Assembly (NCBI GenBank): GCA_951406725.2
Contig: OX597825.1
Coordinates: forward strand, 23,622,001 to 23,686,000
DNA length: 64,000 nt
Source of the DNA: Octopus vulgaris
Taxonomy: Eukaryota
Direction: 5' to 3'
Made by a program: the position numbers and the translations under genes. Positions 42,072 through 55,425 of the stretch are shown here, piece by piece (within the stretch, counting starts at the first letter, position 1; the number at the start of each line of letters is the position of its first letter). A model generated the notes under the pieces. The model did no database searches and was not told where the DNA came from. It saw only the letters and a list, made by a program, of their open reading frames with translations.

Positions 42072-42209
42072 GAAATATACAAAAAATTGTGTGTGCGTTG
42101 TGATGTAGGTAGAGTGATGTGATGTGGTAGTGTGTGGGGTGGGAGTGGGGTATGGAAGTGATATCAGTGAAGGGAGATGGGTAGGATTGAAGAGAGGAGG
42201 GGGAGTCAG

Positions 42210-43630
42210 TCAGATGAAGAGGAGAGGGGAGTTGAGCCTATGTGACACAAAAGGAGCGATGGGAGAAGATTAAATTCCTGTTCACAGCGAAGGCGGGAGT
42301 CCGGATGGCCCCTCTGCAAAGACAATCCGAACACAGACAGGTGTTGTAATGAATGACAGGTAGAGCGGAAATGGCGAAATACCGGGATATCATTGCCGAG
42401 TCTAATGTTTCGCGGCGTCCCGTTTGACCGATGTACAGAGAAGGGCAGAAAGAGCAGGAGATGCAGTAAATGACGTTGCTAGAATTACAGGTAAAGGAGT
42501 CAGTGATATGATAGTGACGAAGATGGGTGCCTGTGAGTATGGTGGTGTTGGAGAGGTAGGGGCAAGTACGGCAGCGTGGGCGGGAGCAGGGGAACGAGTC
42601 GGGTTGCGAAGTAGGGATAGGAAAACAACTGTGGACCAGGAGCTTACGTACATTGTGGGCTCGTTTGAAGGATCAAAGGAGTAGTATGGGGAAGATGTGC
42701 GAAATGGAGGGGTCGGACTGGAGTCGTCGGAAGACTCGGACAATGGTGCGTTGGAGGGGTAAGGTGGAGAGGTGGTAGGTGAGGGGAAACGGGAGACGGG
42801 GGAGCGGGTGCGAGTAGAGAGAGCAGAGGCACAGTCCACAGAACGTGCTCTGGCAAGGGCTGTGTGGATAGTGGTGAGGGGATATCCACGAAAGATGAAG
42901 TGGCGAGCCATGAGTTGAAACTAAGTCTCAAAGTCATGGATGTCACTGCAGAGCCTGTGCAAGCGGAGGAATTGGGACTAGGGGATGGATAGCTTGTTGT
43001 AGGTAGGGTGGGAGGAGGAGAAGTTGAGGTATGAGTGTAAGTTGGTGTGTTTGTAATGGATGGAGGTAGTGAGAGCGGAGTTGTGTATGCTGATTGAAAT
43101 GTCGAGAAAGGCGACGGAAGTGTTCGAAATAGTGCAGGATAATTCGAGGGTAGGGTGGAAGGATTGGTAAAAGAAAGGAAGGAGCCTAGTTGTTTGCGGA
43201 AGAGCGAGGTCGAACGGATACAGTCATCAATGTAACGACTGTATACTTCGGGAGTGGGATCAGTCAATCTTGAAAATATTTGGGTTTCAACGTAGCCAAC
43301 GAAAAGGTTTGCATAGTTGGGGCCCATTCGCGTTCCAATGGCCACTCCCGAGACTTGTTGGTAAAACGCCCCCGTGAATGGGAAGCAGTTGAGGAAGGGA
43401 ACAAGTTCGGCCAAACCAAGCAGTGTGGAGGTGTTAGGTTGTGGAGTGGGTCGAAAGTCTAGAAAGTGTTTGTTAGCAAGATGTCCTTCGCTATATGGAT
43501 TCACCGTATAGATACTCTTGATATCAAGAGTATAGAGAAGTTTAGTGGGGATTCGAGGGAAGGAGAAAGAGTTGAAAAGACGGAGAGCGTGGTTAGTGTC
43601 GTGGATATGGGAGGAGAGGGAAGCCACTAA
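42210..43630 (-). pseudogene. Neptune-type Penelope-like retroelement ORF (RT, Zn knuckle, GIY-YIG), 5'-truncated and frameshifted
   Basis: RT motifs LYTLDIKSIYT, YQQVSGVAIGTRMGPNYANLFVG, RYIDD; thumb region SQFLRLHRLCS...RGYP; PCSRPRCRTCP knuckle; FTCNSSNVIYCISCSFCPSLYIGQTGR endonuclease; at least two frameshifts and a stop. Confidence 0.92.
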
Positions 43631-44749
43631 GGGGCAAGGACACAGTCGAAGTATTTCAAGACAAGTTCCATGGGGGCAGTTACGCTTTTACTCAATAAAT
43701 ACACCTCTAACTATGTATAGGATGAGTAATACTTCTGTTTGTTTGTTCATTTACTAGTACATATGTGTGTATATATATTTACACACACACATACACACAT
43801 ACTTACTTATGACTGTATAATATATCGTAATAATATTTTATTCTCCGATGTGTTATTAGTATATATACATATATATATATATGTATATATATACATACAT
43901 ATACAAACATATATTTATATATATATGTGTGTGTGTGTGTATGTATTATCATCTATTTGCACGTACGAGACTATGTTTAAGAAAGTGCTGTATACTAACA
44001 TAAAACGACAGGTTGTGATTTGAGGAGAGATTTTGAGAACTATATGAAGCGTTCACGTAAAGTCCGTCTCCTGATGTTTGGAAGTAAACTTCGAGGCTGC
44101 TGTGTATACCCAGCTCCGTGTCAGTCACATATACTTGTATTTTAAGCTGTCACCGTAACAGCCCCCCGTCTTATTGAAATTCGAAATGATATTGTTCAAA
44201 ATAGCCATTTTGGAAAAGAGCGTTGTGTTATCTGTGACATATTTTAGGACCATTTTTGTAGGGTGGCTGAAAATAAGTTAACTGTTTGTTAAAAAAAAAA
44301 AAAAATTGCTCTGCATATCCACAGCAATTTCTCTTGACTCCCACGTTTTATTTCATATATTTTAGAGTAGGGTGTTGTAGAAATCGGCAAATAAATTCAT
44401 TACATCAGCAAAGTTTTCAATAGTAACATTGCGAATTTTCACTTAATGTTAAGTGGGGAAGATGTTCGGACTGGGATGATTCACACACAAACATATTCAG
44501 GATTAAACATGATATCATATTTGTACCTAGGCAGCAATGCACAAACACATTCTGGCATGCGCTGGCGTGTACATAGACGCATACACACAGAGAGGTGCAC
44601 ATACGCACATACGCGCGCGCACACACACACATACCTGATATTTGATTATATAATCAACCATGCATCCATCCGTTAATTTTCTCCACCCACATATCCTGAA
44701 AGATTCATGGCGGTAGGGTCCTTTCACACGGTCCCTCTATGTGTGTGTA

Positions 44750-44796
<47 letters not shown>

Positions 44797-44970
44797 ATGT
44801 GTGTGCATTTGTGTGAGTGCGGTCATGTATGTGTGTATGTGTGTGTGCATGCATGTGTGTATATATATTTATATATGTGTATACATATATATGTATATTT
44901 ACATATAAGTTTATATATATATACTATATATCTATATATATACATATATATACACATACATATATGTATT

Positions 44971-45014
<44 letters not shown>

Positions 45015-46528
45015 CATACATATATACACATATATATATACATATATATACACACACACACACACACACTCACAGACGTACACACACACAGATGCACACA
45101 CACACACAGACGCACACACACACACAGACGCACACCCAACATATATACACATCTATACACACATGAGGCTCATATAATTGAAACTCACTTGTTTAAATAC
45201 GCACACCCTTATATATTGTTTTATTTAAAATTTTTCATGTGATCCTTAACATTTTTGATTGCAAAATAAGATTATTGATATCAATCATATGAATTATGTA
45301 TAATATTCCAATCATATTTAATGATTGCAAACAAAGAAAATAGGAATGGGTTTTATTTGCCAATAATAATTATTTTTCAGCTGAATTTATAGAATATTAT
45401 TAATCCTGAATATTACAGAACTCTTTAAAATATATTTAATTGATTATGGCAATATTTTCCAGTGTTTTTAAAGAAACTTTTAATATTAATCATTAATTTG
45501 TTACAATTAAGCATATCTAAATCGCTAATTAAATTTTTATGAATTCATATGAATAAATAACAGTAGTGACTTTTACAAATATATTTTTCTAACTTGTCAT
45601 CAATAACCTAATTTGATAATTACTAAATTATCAATTTCAGAAGTGAAGTGTTTTGTAAAACATTTGCTAAGTACTGTTTAAAAATTACTGAATATCTTCG
45701 AAATTACATTTGTGTATTTGTTTTGAAAAGACAGATTAAATTAAACAGAACAGGATGGGACACGTGGAATGGAATGTCACCAAAGAGGTCACAGGTGTGT
45801 AACGAAAATTTCCAGATAGTGGACATAAAACGAGAACAATATTAAATGAGAGAAGGACGAATATATAGTGCATGTTTTAATTTGGCAAAAAAATATGACC
45901 GTCTCGAAACAGAACAATATTTAAAATTACATTTTCGCAAAAATATACACAACCATTATTTTTCATTTTTTGAAAATCCTACCTTCTCTCCTGCTTCTTT
46001 TATTATATATAACTCAAAGCAATCCAGCGAAGCTATGCAAAGAAGAACGTCTCAATGTGAATGGTCAGTTACTGGGAAAAACTGAAGAAGTCAAGTCTCT
46101 ACTCTGAAGAACGAAGGCGGGGGTATACGACTGGCTTCTCTCGGTTTCCGTGTACCAATTCCACTGACAAGGCTTTTGTCGTCCCGAGGCTATCGTAAAA
46201 TATATTTACTAAGGACTGAGCCCAGAACCATGTGTTGGGAAGCAAGCGTCTTACCCCTCAGTCACAGTCACAGATACTCCACCCCCTCTCTCCCCATTTC
46301 TTAATAGGCTGCTAACGTTTTCCCTCTTAATATATTATTTAAGCCTACCTTTCCTGTACTACAAACACTGAAGCGTGCAGGATTTGTTTTCAATTCTGTA
46401 ATTTCAATCTTATACACGTACTTGTGGCAACATTTTACATGTTTACTCATACAGCCGTCATATTTTCACAATCATACACAATACCATCTCACACACAAAT
46501 GCTTTACATACATACTTACATACATACA

Positions 46529-46826
46529 TGTTTGTTCCTTCTCGAGCCACGCCTGCTCATAGGGCCGGTTTCCCGGTTACTTGGCGTATAGGTTCCCTAC
46601 CTGGACGCAACGTCGGTCCGTCGCAGGTGAGCTGCTAGATACAGGAGGAAAGAGTGAGAGAAAGTTGTGGCGGAAGTGTCGGCAGAAGTTCGCCATTACC
46701 TTCTGCCGGAGCCGCGTGGAGCTTAGGTGTTTCGCTCATAAACACACACATCGCCCGGTCTGAGATTCGAACCCACGATCCCTCGACCACAAGTCCCCTG
46801 CTCTAACTACTAAGCCATGTGCCTCC
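46529..46826 (-). mobile_element. SINE family C, full length
   Basis: Reverse complement of 22605-22912. Confidence 0.9.
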
Positions 46827-47105
46827 ACACATACATACATACATACATACATACATACATACATACATACATACATACATACATACATACATACATGCAT
46901 ACATACACACATACATACATACATACACACATACATACATACATACATACATACATACATACATACATACATACACACATATACACACACACACATACAT
47001 ACATACATACACACACACATACACACACATACATACATACATACATACACACATACATACATACATACAAACATACACACATACATACATACATACATAC
47101 ATACA

Positions 47106-47137
<32 letters not shown>

Positions 47138-47740
47138 ATCTTAGTGATTCGATATCTATATTCCTTTACTGTATAAATTCCGTCCAATCAACCTTTCTAC
47201 TTACTAGAAATATGTTTGATGTTTTCTGCTGCAGTAATTCGTTGAAAAATTTGCTTACGGATCACCATCAAAAGAGATTTATATGACAGCAAACAGCATG
47301 TGGTTTCAAAGACTTCGCTTCTAGAATTCGATGTATTTAAAATATACAAGAGAAATCAGTTTTGAAACAAATGAATTTTCGCAGACAAAATGAAGAATTG
47401 TTATTTTCATTCATCCAATTCCTTTGTGGCCGTTATTGCGTTGCTGCCAGATGTTTCCTTCACTCTTTTGAACCTTGCGTGTGACATCTTTCACCTATAG
47501 ATGTATGTATTAACCGTATATTACTTTCATGTACGATCCTGTCATAAAAACCTTTGTAAATATGTGATATTCAGATGTTATCCTCACTTATGCAGTTGCA
47601 TAGTGTTGTGTTGGTAAACTAACAAAACTGTTTGCAGACTGTCGAAAGCACTATACAGTTGTGACAATGCTTCAGATTAAACAACTTCCTCTGACCGGGT
47701 CCACCTAATTTGTGAGTGTGTAGATGAGTATATATATATA

Positions 47741-47920
47741 AGCGTAGGAGTGGCTGTGTGGTAAGTAGCTTGTTTACCATTCACATGGTTCGGGGTTCAG
47801 TCCCACTGCGTGACACCTTGGGCAAGTGTCTTCTACTATAGCCTCGAGCTGACCAAAGACTTCTGAGTGGATTTGGTAGACGGAAACTGAAAGAAGTCCG
47901 TCGTATATATGTATGTATAA

Positions 47921-47952
<32 letters not shown>

Positions 47953-48155
47953 CTATATGTTTGTCCCCCGACCCCAACATTGCTTGACAACCGATGGTGG
48001 TGTGTTTACGTCCCCGTTAACTTAGCGGTTCGGCAAAAGAGACCGATAGAATAAGTACTAAGCTTACAAAGAATATGTCCTGGGGGTCGATTTACTCGAC
48101 TAAAGGCGGTGCTCCATCATGGCCACTGTCAAATGACTGAAACAAGTAAAAGACT
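47741..48155 (+). mobile_element. SINE family A, full length
   Basis: Aligns to 2415-2824. Confidence 0.9.
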
Positions 48156-48652
48156 ATATATATATATATATATATGCGTGTGTGTATACATACACACATA
48201 CATACATACAGGCGTGAGTGTATATTTTTTTATTAGATTCTTCTTCAATACTAACTGAAATATAAAACGGTGACCTGGCAGACGCATTGGCACACCGGAC
48301 AAAATGTTTAGCGGCATTTGGGCCGCCTTTTACATTTTGAGTTCAAATTCTGTTGAGGTTAAATTTACATTTAAGCTAAACAATGGGGTCGATGTAATCG
48401 AATTACCCCTCTCCCATGAAACTGCTGGCCTTGTGCCATAATTTGGAGCTAATATTAACTGAAATATATTCAGTGTATTTGAGCAGAACTATAGTACGAA
48501 ACACAGAGCCAACTAATATCTATCAACTGAATTTTGTTGTTTTATTTCGTTTCTGTTTGTAATGTTACAATTAGAGATGTCAATTAATAAAGATTTTATA
48601 AGAATTTTACGAACAAAAACTGAAACTAGAAGCGTAGATTATCAGACTAGAT

Positions 48653-49008
48653 CAGAGGTTCTCAACCATTATTTAAAAAATCTATGGATCCCGTTGATTA
48701 ATATTTTATTCTGGCGGACGCTCATAACAATTCGATATTCAAAAACTAATATTATAGAAACTTCTCTCAAAATCCCTACTTTGTTTTTCTAACATTAAAT
48801 AATGAAGGTGAACAGTGTAAAATAGTAGAGAAAGAAACCTAGCTGTTTATTACAATACATACCAATACATACATCAAAAGCAAAAACAAATGTTCTTGGG
48901 GCCTGAAAATACTATTGTGGATCGTCAGTTTACTATTTTGTTGTGTGAACCCCTAAAGATCTTTTATGGATCCTCAGGGGCCATATGAACTCCTGTTGAG
49001 AACTACTG
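48653..49008. mobile_element. hAT (Charlie-like) MITE with perfect 8-bp TSD
   Basis: TIRs cagaggttctcaac / gttgagaactactg; TSD gactagat at 48645-48652 and 49009-49016. Confidence 0.9.
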
Positions 49009-49097
49009 GACTAGATGTTCATGAAGAAAATATTCAAATGTACCAGAGTTTATTTTATTTTCTATTTTGTATGAGTTTATTTTACATCTCGTCAATC

Positions 49098-49322
49098 TTA
49101 TTTCTTTACTGCCTACAAGAGGCTACACACAGAGGGAACAAACAAGGACAGACAAACGGATTAAGTCGATTATATCGACTCCAGTGCGTAACTGGTACTT
49201 GTTTAATCGACTCCGAAAGGCAAAGTCGACCTCGGCGGAATTTGAACTCAGAAAGTAGCGGCAGACGAAATCCCGCTAAGCATTCCGCCCGGTGTGCTAA
49301 CGTTTCAGCCAGCTCGCCGCCT
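49098..49322 (-). mobile_element. SINE family B
   Basis: Reverse complement of family B, ends gccagctcgccgcc. Confidence 0.9.
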
Positions 49323-50309
49323 TCTCGTTTCGTCTATCCATTCAGCTATCGAGAAGTGTTATTTCATAAGAGTGGCAGCCTTTCCAGGAGAAAGATATAT
49401 CTCATCTTCTTTTCGCACCAGGACACTAAAGCTATGCACCGGATGTCCTTGGATCTAGGCATTTTAGTTTTATACTTTAAAGTAAAAAATATGCACTGGG
49501 GATATATATTTTTGTTCGTACGGTATGTATAAATGTTTATAATTATGTACGCTGAGTTATATCATACTGATGACGGTAAAGAAATTTATAATCTGAACTA
49601 GAAATTAATTGATCTATGGATAAACCTTTTAAAAAAAATCGTTTACGTGCATTTCCCTCGCTTCCAGCCCCTGTCTATGTGATAAATAAGGTAGTTTTAG
49701 AGTCATTTGACATATTCTTTTAGCATATGGCACTACCATGTAGTTTGCCCTTATCATAATTTGTGCGTGCATGCGTATGTATGTGTGTCTGTGTGGGTGT
49801 GTCTGTGTGTGTGCGCTAGTGGATATAAATATATATATATATACATATATACAGACATACACATATATGTAGATACAGGAATATATTTATAAGTTCGTTT
49901 CTATATTTGTACTATTTCATCTTGACTGCTAATTGCTCTGTGCTGTAATATTGCCGTTTCGTTGTCTTTTATGGTGTTTAAATATATCAAGAGAATGTCA
50001 GGTTTTCAGTTGGCTTGTCACATAAATCCTAACTGCAAAGCATTACTGCTTCAAATAGATAAATATGCTGATTTCTAATAAATTTTCGGCACGTAGAGGG
50101 CACGGTCAATTTAATCGTGAACATCAGCGAATGCGGTGTCTTAGGGCTTATATGTATCGCATATCTAACAATTATTTATTTTAATTGCTTATTCTCATTA
50201 GAAACTTTCTTTCTCTAACTTGCTGTAGGCTTACATTCTTGCATCGAGGACAATATTGTGCGTAAAAACAAAATGCAAAATACCATCTTCAGTGAAAGAC
50301 CAATCGACA

Positions 50310-50815
50310 GATCAATCAGTCAACAAACCGCCACCCAACCAAGCAACCAACCATCCAAGCAACAAAGCAACCAAGCAAGCAACCAAGCAAGCAATCAACC
50401 AACCAAGCAATCAACCAACCAACCAACCAACCAACCAACCAACCAACCAACCAACCAACCAACCAACTAACCAAGCAAGCAAGCAACCGACCAACCAACC
50501 AACCAACCAATCACCAATCAACCAACCAACCAACAACCAACAACCAAGCAAGCAAGCAAGCAACCGACCAACCAACCAACCAACCAACCAACCAACAACC
50601 AACAACCAACAACCAACCTACCAACCAATCAACCAACCAGCCAACGACCAAGCAACCGACCAACCAACCAACCAACCAACCAACCAACCAACCAAGCAAC
50701 CGACCAACCAACCAACCAAACAAGCAATCAACCAACCAACCAGCCAACCAACCAACCAACCGACCAACCAGCCAGCCAGCCGACAACCAGCCGACCGACG
50801 GACCGACCAACAAAC
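50310..50815. repeat. Degenerate (CCAA)n microsatellite
   Basis: Direct reading. Confidence 0.95.
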
Positions 50816-51000
50816 TTGCCGATTATACAATGATCAATAACCCGTCAATAAAAAAGTAATATCTATGAAATTAGAACAATTTTTTTTTCTTTTTTGGTTT
50901 TGCGAAAACAAAATTACGTGGTGATTAATCTGGTTAGTTGATCAGCTTCAAAAAAAAAAAAGCGTAAAATTATAAAACATCTTAAATATATATTTACACC

Positions 51001-51038
<38 letters not shown>

Positions 51039-51267
51039 GTATACACACATGTATGTGTGTGTGTATATATATATATATATAGGTATACACACATATATGT
51101 ATATATGTATATATGTATGTATGTATGTATGTATATATATATATATATATATTTATATATTTATATAGGCATACACACATATATGTTTATATATATGTTT
51201 ATATATATATATATATATATATACATATTCATACATACATACACACATACATACATACATACATACA

Positions 51268-51303
<36 letters not shown>

Positions 51304-51728
51304 TATATACATACATACACACGCACACAACATATAAGTATATGTATGTACGTATATAATCCAATGATTAAAATGTGAAAAAAGGAAGAATTAGTTAAAT
51401 TTTTAACAGACACACTTAGAAAATATTTGAAGGGGAAAATGAGGTAATTTAGATAATTACTCCGAACTTAATGAAAGCTTCTTGAACAAATAGTAAACTG
51501 TGTATTTATTCAATATTTAACGCGCCACCTGTTATGAAAGGAAAGATAACTCATTAGGTGTTTCGTACTTCCAAGTTGCCTTGTGTCTTCTTTGTTTCTC
51601 TTAGTTGCTTATATTAACTTTAGGGGTCGCCACAGGTTGCAATGTTATAGAATTGGACGAAGATATTTAATACGTGGCATTACGTATCCATGTCGTGTCA
51701 GTGAGTTCTTATATTATCGCTTGGCCTT

Positions 51729-52140
51729 CTGGCAGAAACGTTAGCACGCCGGGCGAAATGCTTAGCAGTATTTCGTCTGCCGTTACGTTCTGAGTTCAAA
51801 TTCCACCGAGGTCGACTTTGCCTTTCATCCTTTCGGGGTCGATTAAATAAGTACCAGTTACGCACCGGCGTCGATGTATATCGACTTAATCCGTGTGTCT
51901 GTCATTGTTTGTCCTCTCTGTGTTTAGCCCCTTGTGGGTAGTAAAGAAATAGGTATTTTGTCTGCCGCTACGTTCTGAGTTCAAATTCCGCTGAGGTCGA
52001 CTTTGCCTTCCATCCTTTCGGGGTCGATAAATTAAGTAACAATTATGTACTGGGGGGTCAGTATAATCGACTTAATCCCGTTGTCTGTCCTTGTTTGTCC
52101 CCTCTATGTTTAGCCCCTTGAAGGCAGTAAAGAAATAAGA
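51729..52140 (+). mobile_element. Dimeric SINE family B
   Basis: Two tandem bodies joined at aaagaaataggtatttt. Confidence 0.9.
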
Positions 52141-53953
52141 TTTACTATTTTGTTGTGTGAACCCCTAAAATATCTTTTATGGATCCTCAGGGGCCATATA
52201 AAACCCTGTTGGGAACTACTGGATTAGATATTCATGAAGGAAATATTCAAATGTACCAGAGTTTTATTTTACTTTCTATTTTGTATAAGTTTATTTTACA
52301 TCTCGTCAATCTTATTTCTTTACCGCCCACAAGGGGCTACACACAGAGGGGACAAACAAGGACAGACAAACGGATAAAGTTGATTACATCGACCCCAGTG
52401 TGTAACTGGTACTTGTTTAATCGATCCCGAAAGGCAAAGTCGACCTGTGCCGTCTTTAGTTTGACCCATCGTCTGATATGTCACGAAGTACAGATTCTGA
52501 CGCAGTCCGATATATACATAAACATGGAACCTTTACTGTTCGAACACCGCTGATTTTATAGTTCTAACTGAACCAAGCTCATCACTAGTTAAATAGCAAC
52601 GATAACACCGTTTAATAGGCATCTCTCAACGAGTTGCTATATCATTCCGTAAAGCCGCAAGCAACTAATTCTGTATAGCGATGTGTAATGCTTTATAAAC
52701 ATGTGTTATGCTCATAAATGAATAAAGGATATGGATAAATAATAGATATATCGTCAGATGAAAGTTATCTAGTGAATTTACAACTATGAAAACGTTTAAC
52801 GGAAATCTCTTAACGACTTGATATTGCTTTCTATAATAACTAGGGATAACTGACTCTGTTGTATCGCGTAATGTTTATAAATTTGCAAGAAGATTATTGA
52901 CACATAATGAGTAAACCGCCAAGGAAATGTTATTAAAAAAATTTACAAGTACATCTTAAAAAAAAAAGACCCATCTGTATTGCTGTAATTGCTGACAGCC
53001 ATGCAATTGAACGTGATAATTTCTTGGCAACCGAATGACATCTGAGAAAGTTTGAAACTATGCTTTGAAATATAGGACTAGAAATGAAACATACTCCAAG
53101 TTATGCTGACAGATAATTTCCCTGGTCATGATGCCTCCAGATGAAAGCGGAGAAGGTAGTTTAGGTTTATGTATATGTTTAGGTATATGGCGGCGAGCTG
53201 GCAGAAACGTTAGCACGTTGTGGGTAGTAAAGAAATAGGTAGTTTAGTTTTATGTATCCTCGGAATCGAAGGAATATATACGCTGAGAGAATCTTCACTA
53301 GACGTCGTAGGTATTGTTTCCTGTGTAATTCCTCGGGATGATATCTGGTGCAACGAATCTCATTATAAGGCACTACTTTACAAGGGCAGAATCCCCTCAT
53401 AGATAAATTGATTGATTTAGGGAATTTTTGGAGAATACATGAAATAGAAGCTGCGTAGTTATATCGTCGTCATCGTCGTTGTCGTCGTCAGTTATCGTCT
53501 GCTTTCACAGCGCATTGATGATATCATAACAAAAGTCTTCCCGATTAAGCGCAAGTTCTCCCGACATCAAAATATTACTTCGTTCTGACTTTCTGGAAGT
53601 GTTTTCTTGGCAGAGATTTTGCGGTGGTTTGCCATTGCCTTCACTAGCTGGATGGCCTTTGGACCGTAAGGAGCTCACTCAACCTTCTGCAAATCTTGTT
53701 TTTAATCCTGCTGGGTATCCACACATGTTCCTCACAAGAATAGCAAGCTATTCAAGTGGGGAAGCCGGTATGATCGCCGACCATTCGACCATGGAACAGG
53801 TAGAACAGGTTTCATCAGCCTGTAATGAGATCGCTGGCCTTTTCTCTATTTTGGTATTTGGATCTCTGTCTAGATTGTTGATACAAACTGTTAGGAGAAA
53901 TACTTAATCTCTGCTGCACATGTTGAGTTCTCTTTTCCCACACACACAAACAT

Positions 53954-54013
<60 letters not shown>

Positions 54014-54919
54014 GTGCCCATACATTTTCATTAAAACAGAAGATGCTACTTCGCGACGATTGGGAAATAATTCTGATGTTGTTTCTGTTATTTTGTTCGG
54101 ATTGTAATGCCATTCTGCATCGGCTTAAACAAGTCTCCAATTAATGAAATATTCCACACACTAGCCAACAATGGAAAAATATAATGAATAGAAATAAAAT
54201 GAAGAAATAAGTCGAAGAAAATATTCCTGAATAGGTTCGAGTAAGTGTCCTTTTCTCTATGTTTTATATAATTTTGGTTTTCCCAAACTCACATACGAAC
54301 ACACATCGATAATGACATACGAACGGAACAAGACAAAACGTGACACAAAATGGGATTACATGATTTCATATGATTCAGTTAGAGAAACAAAAATATAAGG
54401 ATTCCGTATTTCCATTGATAGATTAAATAAAAGGCTTTCATTCTTCATGTACTTCCATCTTGGTTTGTAAATTTTATATTCATAACGTCATAACGTTTGT
54501 TATATCTTTTAATGATAATCGCTATATAATTTTGAATCAAAACAAGCTTGTTATATGAGAATTCTTAATAATATTATTACTGTTTGGCAGACGATTTTTG
54601 TCCAAGTGATTGCCATTATCATATTGTGTTATACAATTTTTCTCGCTGTAAGTGTTGGAGAAATCAGTCAATATAATTTATAGTAGGTATATTGACAATA
54701 GCTATTTCATTGACTGTGACTAAATTGTTTGACTCTTATGTACACTTCCGTTTCAGAATTGTGTCACCTCGCCCTTGTCCACTCTGTCTCGCATTTCCTC
54801 TCTTCCTCTCCCTTGCACACATTTAATGCACCACATTGATATAATGCACTTCTTGTATACATACATACATACATACATACATAAATATATTCATGTATAT
54901 ACATATATGTGTATGTCTG

Positions 54920-54954
<35 letters not shown>

Positions 54955-54957
<3 letters not shown>

Positions 54958-55132
54958 CCTCCGTTTTCCCTTCCTTGGATCTTTCATTTTTCTATGTTTC
55001 TGACGAAGAGCTCCGCTCGAAACGTTAAAGTCTCCTTCTTTCTTTCCTTTCCCGAGCATCCAATAACACTATACTTGTTCCACGTCCTCGCGTTGTTGTG
55101 TTTTCTCTTTGTGTTTTTATGTTTGGATTAAC

Positions 55133-55133
<1 letters not shown>
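54955..55133 (+). mobile_element. Second copy of the short PLE-type terminal repeat, minimal hammerhead at 54996-55030
   Basis: GUUU-CUGACGA-A-GAGC-UCC-GCUC-GAAAC-GUU-AAA; paralog of 12565-12772. Confidence 0.75.
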
Positions 55134-55167
<34 letters not shown>

Positions 55168-55393
55168 TTATATAAATGAGGATAAGATCGTTATTTAAAT
55201 TTGGAACTTATCAAGTGCTCAGCATGGGAATAAAAACCTTCAAAGATAATAATTATTATTAAAATTGACATCTTTTAATGTGGTTTTAGAGTCATGTTTT
55301 GGCTGCTATTTCAAGCGTGGTGGTTTCTCTTAGATACCCCAAATTATAATTTTAATATATATATTTTTATATGCACTAGTGCATAAACACACA

Positions 55394-55425
<32 letters not shown>

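Noticed and set aside
49690-49745. tatggcact seed resembling the miR-183/263 family
   Set aside because: The hairpin has a large bulge and the rest does not match those miRNAs
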